Assembly (NCBI RefSeq): GCF_000007985.2
Contig: NC_002939.5
Span: forward strand, 1,350,001-1,382,000
Reading direction: 5' to 3'
Length of the DNA stretch: 32,000 nt
Source: Geobacter sulfurreducens PCA
Lineage (GTDB): Bacteria > Desulfobacterota > Desulfuromonadia > Geobacterales > Geobacteraceae
Shown: piece after piece, positions 25,068-32,000 of the stretch
Layout: each line of letters begins with the position of its first letter
Numbering within the stretch: the first letter of the stretch is position 1
The notes under the pieces: model-generated
Told to the model about the DNA's origin: nothing
The model's database searches: none
Seen by the model: only the letters and a program-made list of their open reading frames with translations
Position numbers and translations under genes: made by a program

Positions 25068-25096
25068 AAAAAAGCCCGGATCGCTCCGGGCTTTTT
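25068..25096. terminator. Bidirectional rho-independent terminator
   Basis: AAAAAA-GCCCGGA-tcgc-TCCGGGC-TTTTT. A perfect 7-bp GC-rich stem flanked by an A-run and a T-run, lying between the convergent genes that end at 25046 (+) and 25119 (-). Confidence 0.8.
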
Positions 25097-25118
25097 CGTG
25101 CATGGCGGGACACAGGCG

Positions 25119-25415
25119 CTATTTCGCTTTGGGGAGTTCCAGTTTCGGTTCCTGCGCCCTGCGGAACAGCAGGAAGGTTCGGCCGAGGACCTGGGCCACC
25201 TCGGCGCCGCAGGCCGAGGCCAGTTCTTCGGCAGCTTCGTGACGGTCCAGGAGGCAGCTTTCCAGGATCTTGACCTTGATCAGTTCATGGTGCTCGAGAG
25301 CCTCATCGGTCTCTTTGACAAGGGCCTCGCTGATCTCGCCCTTGCCGATGGTGATGACCGGAGCAAGGGAATGTCCCAGGCCCCGGAGGTGTCGTTTCTG
25401 TTTGCCGGTTAGCAT
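25119..25415 (-). CDS. yhbY: YhbY-family (CRM domain) ribosome-assembly RNA-binding protein
   Basis: The ORF is open from 25478, but the conserved start is the ATG at 25415: MLTGKQKRHLRGLGHSLAPVITIGKGEISEALVKETDEALEHHELIKVKI. This matches the YhbY signature (L..KQ...LR..AH.L.P.v.iGk.G...). Confidence 0.85.
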   Translation of the reverse strand: MLTGKQKRHLRGLGHSLAPVITIGKGEISEALVKETDEALEHHELIKVKILESCLLDRHEAAEELASACGAEVAQVLGRTFLLFRRAQEPKLELPKAK

Positions 25416-25460
25416 GCGTACGGATCCTTTTCGTTGGGTGAATGCAGATGGTATAGCACG

Positions 25461-25486
25461 AAAAGGGGCGCGGCACAACCGGCCCC
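25461..25486 (-). terminator. Possible intrinsic terminator/attenuator between the Hpt gene and yhbY
   Basis: The minus strand reads GGGGCCGG-ttgtg-CCGcGCCCC followed by TTTT. That is an 8-bp GC stem with one bulge, lying 9 nt after the Hpt stop. Confidence 0.45.
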
Positions 25487-25494
25487 ATGCCCCG

Positions 25495-25809
25495 TCACTC
25501 GCAGACCGGCTCCACCGTCTCCAGATAGCGGGCGAGCAGGTTGATGAAGTACGCGACTGCCGGCCAACGGCCTTGGGCCGCCGCGAGTTCGATCAGTTCG
25601 CCGATGGCGCTCACGGCATCGAAGCCGAACGAGCTCCCCGCTCCCTTGATGTTGTGGGCTATCTTCCGGATGAGGGACGAATCCCCATGCGCGAGTGCGT
25701 CATGGAGCGATGCCACGTCTTGCCGGCGTCGCTCAATGAACACCGGCACGATGTCGATGAGTTCGGGGTCAACCTTGACCCGGTATGTCCTGGGGGGTCG
25801 TCCTGCCAT
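25495..25809 (-). CDS. Histidine phosphotransfer (Hpt) domain protein
   Basis: 104-aa ORF starting 12 nt after the hybrid kinase stop. It contains the Hpt motif IAHNIKGAGSSFGF in a helical context. Confidence 0.8.
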   Translation of the reverse strand: MAGRPPRTYRVKVDPELIDIVPVFIERRRQDVASLHDALAHGDSSLIRKIAHNIKGAGSSFGFDAVSAIGELIELAAAQGRWPAVAYFINLLARYLETVEPVCE

Positions 25810-25821
25810 GCGGTCTCCCTG

Positions 25822-27159
25822 TTACTGCCGCGCCAGTTCTGCCACCGTGCGCAGCAGGGTGTCCTTTCTGATCGGTTTCGAGAGATGGCTCGTGCATCCC
25901 GCTTCAATGGTTTTCAGGGAATCGCTCTTTTCAGCGCATGCGGTGAGTGCCACCACCGGCACCGGCGTGCGCCCCCGTTGCCGTTCCCACTCTCGCAGAG
26001 CCCGGGTAGCGGTGTAGCCGTCCATCACCGGCATCTGGATATCCATCAGCACCAGGTCGAAGTCTTCGGCCATGAACATGTCCAGCGCCTCTTGGCCGTT
26101 GCCGGCACTGCATACTTGGTGGGATGCGCCGCGAAGGAAGGCGGCGATCAGCAGCCGGATGTCCTCCGCATCCTCGGCCACCAGCACCCGTAGCGGAGCG
26201 ACGGATTCCGATTCCTTCTCCTGGCCGTCGGCGGGTGCCTGCCGGTCGCCGGTAATGGTGAGACAGAACGGGATCGTCACAATGAAGCGGCTTCCCCTGC
26301 CTTCGTAACTCTCCACGGTGATGTCGCCGTCCATGGCTTCGATAAGCCCTTTGGCGATGGCAAGCCCGAGGCCGGTTCCGCCGAAGAGCTTGGAAGTTTC
26401 GGGCGATCCCCGGTCATAGCGTTCGAATATTCCGCCCAGTCTGTCGACCGGGATACCGATACCCGTGTCTTCAATGACGAAGCGTATCATTGCCAGCGAT
26501 GAAGCCGTCAGCGGGTCGGGGACCCTCTCGACGCGGATCGTTACCGCCCCCTCCCGGGTGAATTTTATTGCATTCCCGGCAAGATTGACGATCACCTGCT
26601 GGACCCGCGCCTGATCGCCCAAAAGGCGCGATGGGACATCCGGCGACACCTGCCACGAGAGCTCCAGTCCCTTGCGCTGTGCCTGCCAGAGAAGCTGGGT
26701 TCCCGTGGCTGCAACAAGGCCGGCCAGGTCGAAGGGAAGGCTTTCCAGGCGCAAATGGCCGGCTTCCAGGCGTGACGTGTCCAGAATGTCGTTCACGAGA
26801 CAGAGAAGGAGCTCATTGGCGTGCTGGAATCCCTCCAGGTAGTGGCGCTGGATTTCATCGAGGCGGGTCTGGCGGAAGAGATCGACGGCTCCGGAAATCA
26901 ATTGGAGCTGCGATCGGATCTCGTGGCTGACGTGGGCCAGAAGTTCGCTCTTCGCTGTGGTGGCCGCCTCAGCCGCTGTTGCTGCGGTACGGAGTTCCTG
27001 CTCCACGGCCCGGAGCCGTTCATTCTCGCCCAGAAGGTCTGCCAGCCGGCATTCGAGATCTCTGATCCGGTTCAGGTCCGTTGACGATACGAAGCCGTGT
27101 CGACTGTCGGAGCCGTTGTCGTTGGTCTGGTGCTGGCCGGAAGAGCGTTGAAGCATCAT
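25822..27159 (-). CDS. Soluble hybrid sensor histidine kinase / response regulator
   Basis: 445-aa ORF. No hydrophobic helix; only a short coiled-coil-like N-terminus. H-box LAHVSHEIRSQL, N-box NLAGNAIKFT, G-boxes DTGIGI and GGTGLGLAI. C-terminal REC domain (VLVAEDAEDIRL, VLMDIQMPVMDG, VVALTA, SKP). Confidence 0.9.
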   Translation of the reverse strand: MMLQRSSGQHQTNDNGSDSRHGFVSSTDLNRIRDLECRLADLLGENERLRAVEQELRTAATAAEAATTAKSELLAHVSHEIRSQLQLISGAVDLFRQTRLDEIQRHYLEGFQHANELLLCLVNDILDTSRLEAGHLRLESLPFDLAGLVAATGTQLLWQAQRKGLELSWQVSPDVPSRLLGDQARVQQVIVNLAGNAIKFTREGAVTIRVERVPDPLTASSLAMIRFVIEDTGIGIPVDRLGGIFERYDRGSPETSKLFGGTGLGLAIAKGLIEAMDGDITVESYEGRGSRFIVTIPFCLTITGDRQAPADGQEKESESVAPLRVLVAEDAEDIRLLIAAFLRGASHQVCSAGNGQEALDMFMAEDFDLVLMDIQMPVMDGYTATRALREWERQRGRTPVPVVALTACAEKSDSLKTIEAGCTSHLSKPIRKDTLLRTVAELARQ

Positions 27160-27194
27160 GGGGATTGTATCTGGTTCCGTTAACAGACGTTACT

Positions 27195-27223
27195 TTGATA
27201 AAATTACATTAAATTTATATCAA
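27195..27223. promoter_or_regulatory. Candidate symmetric divergent promoter pair (TTGATA-N17-TATCAA on both strands)
   Basis: TTGATA (27195-27200), a 17-nt AT-rich spacer, then TATCAA (27218-27223). The hexamers are reverse complements of each other, so both strands read TTGATA-N17-TATCAA. The element lies in the 205-nt divergent gap between the hybrid kinase (ATG at 27159) and lepA (ATG at 27365). Confidence 0.3.
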
Positions 27224-27364
27224 AATTTTCGGGGTGCGGTAAATGGAAAAGTTCGATATTGCTGATGCAGATGTGCCGTATACCGGCCGTGGAGAAAATG
27301 CCTTTACAACAGAGCTGGTTATCCATTATCCTTCATCGGTTACACTCAGAAGAGACAGGTGTTT

Positions 27365-29167
27365 ATGAAGATTGATACCATCAGGAATTTTTCGATTATC
27401 GCCCACATTGACCACGGCAAATCCACCCTTGCGGATCGGCTGCTGGAGTATACCGGCGCCCTCACGGAACGGGAGATGCAGGACCAGTTCCTGGACAAGA
27501 TGGACCTGGAACGGGAGAGGGGTATCACCATCAAGGCCCAGACGGTACGGCTTACCTACCGGGCTGACGACGGTAACGACTACATCCTGAACCTCATCGA
27601 CACGCCGGGCCACGTGGACTTCACCTACGAGGTTTCCCGGTCCCTGGCCGCCTGCGAAGGTGCCCTGCTGGTGGTGGACGCCTCCCAGGGGGTTGAAGCC
27701 CAGACCCTTGCCAACGTCTATCTCGCCATCGACAACAATCTGGAAGTCTTTCCGGTCCTCAACAAGATCGACCTGCCCGCGGCCGAGCCGGAGCGGGTGA
27801 AGCACGAGATCGAGGAAATCATCGGTCTCGATGCCCACGACGCGGTTATGGCCAGTGCCAAGGAGGGGATCGGCACTCGGGAGATCCTGGAGGAGATCGT
27901 CAAGAAGATTCCTCCTCCGGAAGGAGATCCGGCCGCTCCGCTCAAGGCCCTGCTTTTCGATTCGTGGTACGACCAGTACCAAGGCGTGATCATCCTCGTC
28001 CGGGTCATCGACGGCACCGTGAAGAAGGGGGACAAGATCCAGCTGGTCTCCACCGGCCGTAGTTACGAAGCCCTGAAGGTCGGTGTCTTCGCCCCGGTGA
28101 TGCGCGAAGTGCCCCAGCTGGCGGCGGGGGAGGTCGGTTTCCTCATTGCCGGCATCAAGGATGTGGCTGACGCCAAGATCGGCGATACCGTCACCCACGC
28201 CCTCAAGCCCTGTGTAACGCCTCTCGGCGGTTTCAAGGAAGTGAAGCCCATGGTCTTCTCGGGGCTCTATCCCATCGACACCGCCCAGTACGAGCAACTG
28301 CGCGATGCCCTGGCCAAGCTCAAGCTGAACGACTCCTCCTTCTCGTTCGAGCCGGAGACATCGCTGGCCCTCGGTTTCGGTTTCCGCTGCGGCTTCCTGG
28401 GTCTGCTCCACATGGAGATCATCCAGGAGCGCCTGGAGCGGGAGTTCAATCTCGACCTGATCACCACCGCCCCCACGGTTGTGTACAAGGTCCACCGGAT
28501 CAAAGGGGACGTGATCACCATCGAGAGCGCCAACCAGTTGCCGCCGCTCCAGGAAATCGACTACATCGAGGAGCCCTTCATCCTCGCCTCCATCCACACG
28601 CCCAACGAGTTCGTGGGGGGCATCCTCTCCCTGTGCGAGGAGAAGCGCGGCGTCCAGCGCGAGATCAAGTACCTCACCCCCACGCGGGTGATGATCATCT
28701 ATGAACTCCCCCTCAACGAGGTGGTCCTCGACTTTTACGACCGGTTGAAATCAATCACCAAGGGGTACGCCTCCCTGGATTACGAGCATCTGAACTACCG
28801 CCGCAGCGACCTGGTGCGGATGAACATCCTCATCAACGGCGAGGCCGTTGACGCGCTCTCCCTCATCATCCACCGGGACAAGGCCTACTACCGGGGCCGT
28901 GACCTGGTCTCCAAGATGAAGGAGCTGATCCCGCGTCAGATGTTCGAGGTGGTCATTCAGGCGGCCATCGGCGCCAAGGTCATCGCCCGCGAGACGGTGA
29001 AGGCCCTGCGCAAGGATGTACTCGCCAAGTGCTACGGCGGCGACATCACCCGCAAGCGCAAGCTTTTGGAAAAGCAGAAGGAAGGAAAGAAGCGGATGAA
29101 AAACGTGGGGAACGTCGAACTCCCCCAGGAAGCATTTCTCGCCATCCTCAAGGTGGAAGAGAAGTAG
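27365..29167 (+). CDS. lepA: Translation elongation factor 4 (LepA/EF4)
   Basis: [56 protein letters not shown] and the C-terminal LepA-specific region ...[13 protein letters not shown]. The track ORF starts at a GTG at 27359; the ATG at 27365 matches the conserved N-terminus. Confidence 0.97.
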   Translation: MKIDTIRNFSIIAHIDHGKSTLADRLLEYTGALTEREMQDQFLDKMDLERERGITIKAQTVRLTYRADDGNDYILNLIDTPGHVDFTYEVSRSLAACEGALLVVDASQGVEAQTLANVYLAIDNNLEVFPVLNKIDLPAAEPERVKHEIEEIIGLDAHDAVMASAKEGIGTREILEEIVKKIPPPEGDPAAPLKALLFDSWYDQYQGVIILVRVIDGTVKKGDKIQLVSTGRSYEALKVGVFAPVMREVPQLAAGEVGFLIAGIKDVADAKIGDTVTHALKPCVTPLGGFKEVKPMVFSGLYPIDTAQYEQLRDALAKLKLNDSSFSFEPETSLALGFGFRCGFLGLLHMEIIQERLEREFNLDLITTAPTVVYKVHRIKGDVITIESANQLPPLQEIDYIEEPFILASIHTPNEFVGGILSLCEEKRGVQREIKYLTPTRVMIIYELPLNEVVLDFYDRLKSITKGYASLDYEHLNYRRSDLVRMNILINGEAVDALSLIIHRDKAYYRGRDLVSKMKELIPRQMFEVVIQAAIGAKVIARETVKALRKDVLAKCYGGDITRKRKLLEKQKEGKKRMKNVGNVELPQEAFLAILKVEEK

Positions 29168-29191
29168 TTACCCTTTCCGAAAGGAACATCA

Positions 29192-29860
29192 ATGGACTAC
29201 AAGGAAACCCAGTACGGCCAGTCAACCCCGTCGGAGCAGGCTGCCGAGCCGGTCAAGAAAAAGCACATTGTCCGGGAATACGCCGAGTCGATCATTATCG
29301 CCGTCATTTTGGCCCTCATTATCCGGACTTTCGTGGTACAGGCATTCAAGATTCCCTCCGGCTCCATGGAGGACACGCTTGCCATCGGCGATCATATCCT
29401 CGTCAGCAAATTCATCTACGGCACCAAGATCCCCTTTGTGGACGGCCGCTACCTGAAGATCCGCGACCCGAAGCGGGGTGACGTGATCGTCTTCGAATAC
29501 CCCGAAGACCCCAGCAAGGATTTCATCAAGCGGGTAATCGGTCTGCCGGGCGATACGATTCAAGTGGTGCAGAAGCAAGTCTTCATCAACGGCAAGCCGT
29601 TCTCGGTTCCCCAGGAGGTCCACAAGGAAAAGGACGTAATCCCCGCGGCCCAGAATCCCCGCGACAATTTCGGACCAGTCACGGTGCCGGAGAACAGCTA
29701 TTTCGTAATGGGCGACAACCGGGACCGTTCCTACGATAGCCGGTTCTGGGGCTTCGTCAAGAACAGCCAGATCAAGGGACTTGCCTTCATCAAGTACTGG
29801 TCCTGGGACCGGGAAAAGTTCCGCGTACGCTGGGGAAGCATCGGCGACATCATCAAATAG
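29192..29860 (+). CDS. lepB: Signal peptidase I
   Basis: 222-aa ORF, 24 nt after lepA. N-terminal TM, catalytic Ser box IPSGSMEDTL, Lys box DFIKRVIGLPGD, and GDNRDRSYDSRFWG. Confidence 0.93.
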   Translation: MDYKETQYGQSTPSEQAAEPVKKKHIVREYAESIIIAVILALIIRTFVVQAFKIPSGSMEDTLAIGDHILVSKFIYGTKIPFVDGRYLKIRDPKRGDVIVFEYPEDPSKDFIKRVIGLPGDTIQVVQKQVFINGKPFSVPQEVHKEKDVIPAAQNPRDNFGPVTVPENSYFVMGDNRDRSYDSRFWGFVKNSQIKGLAFIKYWSWDREKFRVRWGSIGDIIK

Positions 29861-30860
29861 CCGCGTTGTTCGTGACGGCACTGTTCAGAGGGGCCCTCCT
29901 GCCGGAGGGCCTTTTTTTATGCCATCGGCTGCCGGGGCCGTCACCGGGCATGGACACCGCGGAGATATGGCAGACTGTCTCCATGACAGCCTTGATGAAG
30001 TTGCTCCGGCAGGGGTCGCTGTAGCGCTTAGGGGCAGTGACGAGCGAGCGGAAGCGGGCATGGCTGAATCCCTTGACCGTGTGCGCCCGCAGGCTTCCCT
30101 CTGCCAGTTCCTTGAGAACAAGACTCTTGGGTACGAATGCCAGATACGGCTCAGTCTTGACCGTCTGCACGATGAGACGTGGGTCGTCGAGACCGGTGAC
30201 CGACCTGAAATCCTCAAGCACCTTGCCGAACCGGGCCAGGTTGGCGGCTAGCTGTTCGGTGCCGCTGCATCCCTCCTTTCTCATGATTACTGGCAGGTTA
30301 AGCAACTGTGACAGGTCAGGCTCCGGCACGTCGAGTCCTGTTGCCGGGTTGCTGACAAAAATGATCTCGTCATTTGGCAGGGAAATTACGTCGTATGGCG
30401 AAAGATCCAGCGGGGTGCAGTGCTCGATCACGATGATATTGAAATCCGTGTCGCGCAATCCCCTGACCGCTCCCTGGCTGGAGCCGAGAACACACCTAAA
30501 ATCGATCTGTTCTGAATTTCTGAGAACAAAATCACGCACGAGCGCAGGGAGGAAGACGGTGCCGAAGCAGGGAGAGCAGCAGAAGGAAATGACCGTTTTG
30601 GCGGGCAACAGTTTGAGAGCTCCCAGGAGTGCCAGCTCATGCTCGATGATTACCCGGGCCTTCTGGATGACCAGTTCTCCTGCAGCGGTCGGCACCAGAA
30701 AGTTCCCCGCCCGGTCAATCAGCGTGTAGCCATACCTTCCTTCCAGAAGCTTGATTCGCTGGGATACCGCCGACTGGGTAATGCATAACCGTTCGGCCGC
30801 CCGCGAAAAACTCCCCGTCTCCACTACCGCAAGCAGGGTCTTGAAGTAGACAGTTTCCAT
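29853..30860 (-). CDS. LysR-family transcriptional regulator
   Basis: 335-aa ORF. N-terminal wHTH METVYFKTLLAVVETGSFSRAAERLCITQSAVSQRIKLLE, followed by a substrate-binding-type domain. Its 3' end overlaps the lepB 3' end by 8 nt. Confidence 0.9.
   Translation of the reverse strand: METVYFKTLLAVVETGSFSRAAERLCITQSAVSQRIKLLEGRYGYTLIDRAGNFLVPTAAGELVIQKARVIIEHELALLGALKLLPAKTVISFCCSPCFGTVFLPALVRDFVLRNSEQIDFRCVLGSSQGAVRGLRDTDFNIIVIEHCTPLDLSPYDVISLPNDEIIFVSNPATGLDVPEPDLSQLLNLPVIMRKEGCSGTEQLAANLARFGKVLEDFRSVTGLDDPRLIVQTVKTEPYLAFVPKSLVLKELAEGSLRAHTVKGFSHARFRSLVTAPKRYSDPCRSNFIKAVMETVCHISAVSMPGDGPGSRWHKKRPSGRRAPLNSAVTNNAAI
29892..29918 (+). terminator. Rho-independent terminator of lepA-lepB
   Basis: GGCCCTCC-tgcc-GGAGGGCC followed by TTTTTTT, 32 nt after the lepB stop. 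It lies inside the 3' end of the convergent LysR ORF. Confidence 0.8.
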
Positions 30861-30969
30861 AGGTATTAACCTTGAAATAAATTTATTAAATTTTTTTACA
30901 AAATGCGTGCCGAAAGTGGTTGTTGACGCTGAATGATCTCAGGTGAGGGGTGGGAGGGGAAGAGTGATG

Positions 30970-31000
30970 AAAAAGGGATGGGACCGGAAAGTCCCATCCC
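30970..31000 (-). terminator. Rho-independent terminator of the LVIVD-repeat gene
   Basis: The minus strand reads GGGATGGGAC-tttccg-GTCCCATCCC followed by TTTTT, 16 nt after the TAA at 31019-31017. Confidence 0.8.
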
Positions 31001-31016
31001 TGGCAGGTGAGGCAAC

Positions 31017-32000
31017 TTACTTGAAGAACACCAGGCCGCCTGAACCGTCGGCCGCGAAAAGCCGGCCGTTAGCGATGGTCACGTCGGTACACTCGTTCAC
31101 CGTGGGTGCTACGTCCTTGAGCACCGGCGCTGTCGGGTCGGTCCAATCGATCTTGAGAAGTCCGGCCTCGGCGAATGCCACGTAGAATATCAGCTTTCCG
31201 CTTACCTGGGTAAAGGTCATCTTAACGGCGCCGCCGGCCCAGTCCTCATAGCCAGGTACGAGCTGGAGCTTGAAGCGGCTCGCGGCTACGGGACGATAAT
31301 CATAGACAAGCCTGCCGGTCTGGCTCTTTTTCCAGACATCCGTGGGTGATATGCCCGACGGCAACGGCGCAATCAGGTCGGCGATCCGGTAACAGACCAC
31401 GCCGAAGCTGTCGTAGGAGAAGAAGGCGTGGCTTCCCGCCACCTTTACGTCCACCGCCTGGCCATCGGCGGCACCGACTTTTCCGTCCTCCAGCTTGATG
31501 GGCTCGAAGACTTTAACAAGGCTCATGTTCTTCACGTCAGTTATGTCCACGACACCTACGCCCCTCGGCCCAGCGGCCACGAAGGCGTAAGATTTCCCCG
31601 TTGCTGAGTCGGTCCAGAGGGCGATGCCCGAGGCAGTGCCCAGAGGCGGACGCTCCTTGCCGGCGCCGATGTTGGCCACCAGGAAGCCGCTGGCGGCAGT
31701 GGAAGGGTCCTTGGTGACGTCATACACAGTGATACCGTTGGAACCGTCGGCCGTGAAGGCATAGTTGCCGCGCAGTTCCACATCGTAGGCGTGATCCTGG
31801 TACTGAACCGGTTTGACCGTTCCCCACTCGGCATTGTGCTCGAAGCAGTCGGAGAGGGAGAGCGGCAACAGGAGCGGTGCACCCACCCGTCCGAGATCAG
31901 CCTCCACGCCGGCTACTTTCACCCGGCGGAGCCCGAGGCTGGAGCTGCCGGACCAGGCAACGTGGTTGACCGGATCAAAGACCACGTTGGAGGCGTGGGA
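31017..32000 (-). CDS. LVIVD-repeat beta-propeller protein, C-terminal part (5' end beyond the window)
   Basis: The frame stays open to the window end; the ATG at 31985 in the track is only the first in-window Met. Repeats of the LVIVD type: NYAFTADGSNGITVYDVTKDP, YAFVAAGPRGVGVVDITDVKN, HAFFSYDSFGVVCYRIADL, FYVAFAEAGLLKIDWTDPTAP, RLFAADGSGGLVFFK. Confidence 0.7.
   Translation of the reverse strand, partial: SHASNVVFDPVNHVAWSGSSSLGLRRVKVAGVEADLGRVGAPLLLPLSLSDCFEHNAEWGTVKPVQYQDHAYDVELRGNYAFTADGSNGITVYDVTKDPSTAASGFLVANIGAGKERPPLGTASGIALWTDSATGKSYAFVAAGPRGVGVVDITDVKNMSLVKVFEPIKLEDGKVGAADGQAVDVKVAGSHAFFSYDSFGVVCYRIADLIAPLPSGISPTDVWKKSQTGRLVYDYRPVAASRFKLQLVPGYEDWAGGAVKMTFTQVSGKLIFYVAFAEAGLLKIDWTDPTAPVLKDVAPTVNECTDVTIANGRLFAADGSGGLVFFK

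Noticed and set aside
19782-28597. Further long alternative-frame or antisense ORFs: 19782-21290 (-), 22526-23374 (+), 22740-23687 (-), 24551-25273 (+), 25270-26193 (+), 27326-28597 (-)
   Set aside because: Same reasoning. Each overlaps a gene with clear family motifs (binding protein, FtsX, ABC ATPase, Hpt/hybrid kinase, LepA) and shows only low-complexity composition.
1-32000. Scan for CRISPR arrays, tRNA/rRNA genes, riboswitch-like leaders, toxin-antitoxin pairs and defence-system hallmarks (nucleases, helicases, reverse transcriptase, methyltransferases)
   Set aside because: No regularly spaced direct repeats were seen. The intergenic regions (267-451, 3464-3838, 21366-21455, 25416-25494, 27160-27364, 30861-31016) are too short or lack cloverleaf or conserved RNA-like structure. 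None of the credible ORFs carries defence-type motifs. This was a visual scan only, so small RNAs cannot be excluded.

Overview
High-GC bacterial chromosome window. The gene content looks Geobacter/Desulfuromonadales-like, which is inference only. All family calls come from motifs read in the supplied translations; no database search was possible.

Layout:
1. 1-~423: end of an ISL3-family insertion sequence. Its transposase N-terminus is on the minus strand and is absent from the ORF track because it runs off the window.
2. 452-3463: operon of a PAS sensor histidine kinase and an NtrC-type sigma-54 activator.
3. 3464-3838: intergenic region with the layout of a sigma-54 promoter, namely a palindromic upstream site, an exact IHF consensus and -24/-12-like elements.
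4. 3839-25046: about 21 kb of 12 co-directional genes, ending at a bidirectional hairpin terminator. In order they encode:
- a 2082-aa secreted RCC1/Asp-box double-propeller protein
- a 1652-aa multicopper-oxidase-like protein
- a YVTN beta-propeller protein
- a cohesin/dockerin-like protein
- two SCO/SenC copper chaperone paralogues, the second lacking the second Cys of CxxxC
- a cytochrome c fused to a periplasmic binding protein
- a NosL-family copper chaperone
- a small membrane protein
- an FtsX/MacB-type ABC permease and its ATPase
- a Cys-rich polytopic membrane protein
5. 25119-27159, minus strand: yhbY, an Hpt protein and a sensor-less hybrid histidine kinase.
6. 27365-29860: housekeeping lepA-lepB.
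7. 29853-30860, minus strand: a LysR regulator.
8. 31017-32000, minus strand: the 3' part of an LVIVD-repeat propeller gene.

No rRNA, tRNA or CRISPR array was recognised.

The most interesting hypothesis is that the 21-kb cluster is a sigma-54-controlled, nos-like copper-delivery and assembly system. Its client would be a giant Sec-exported multicopper oxidase rather than NosZ.
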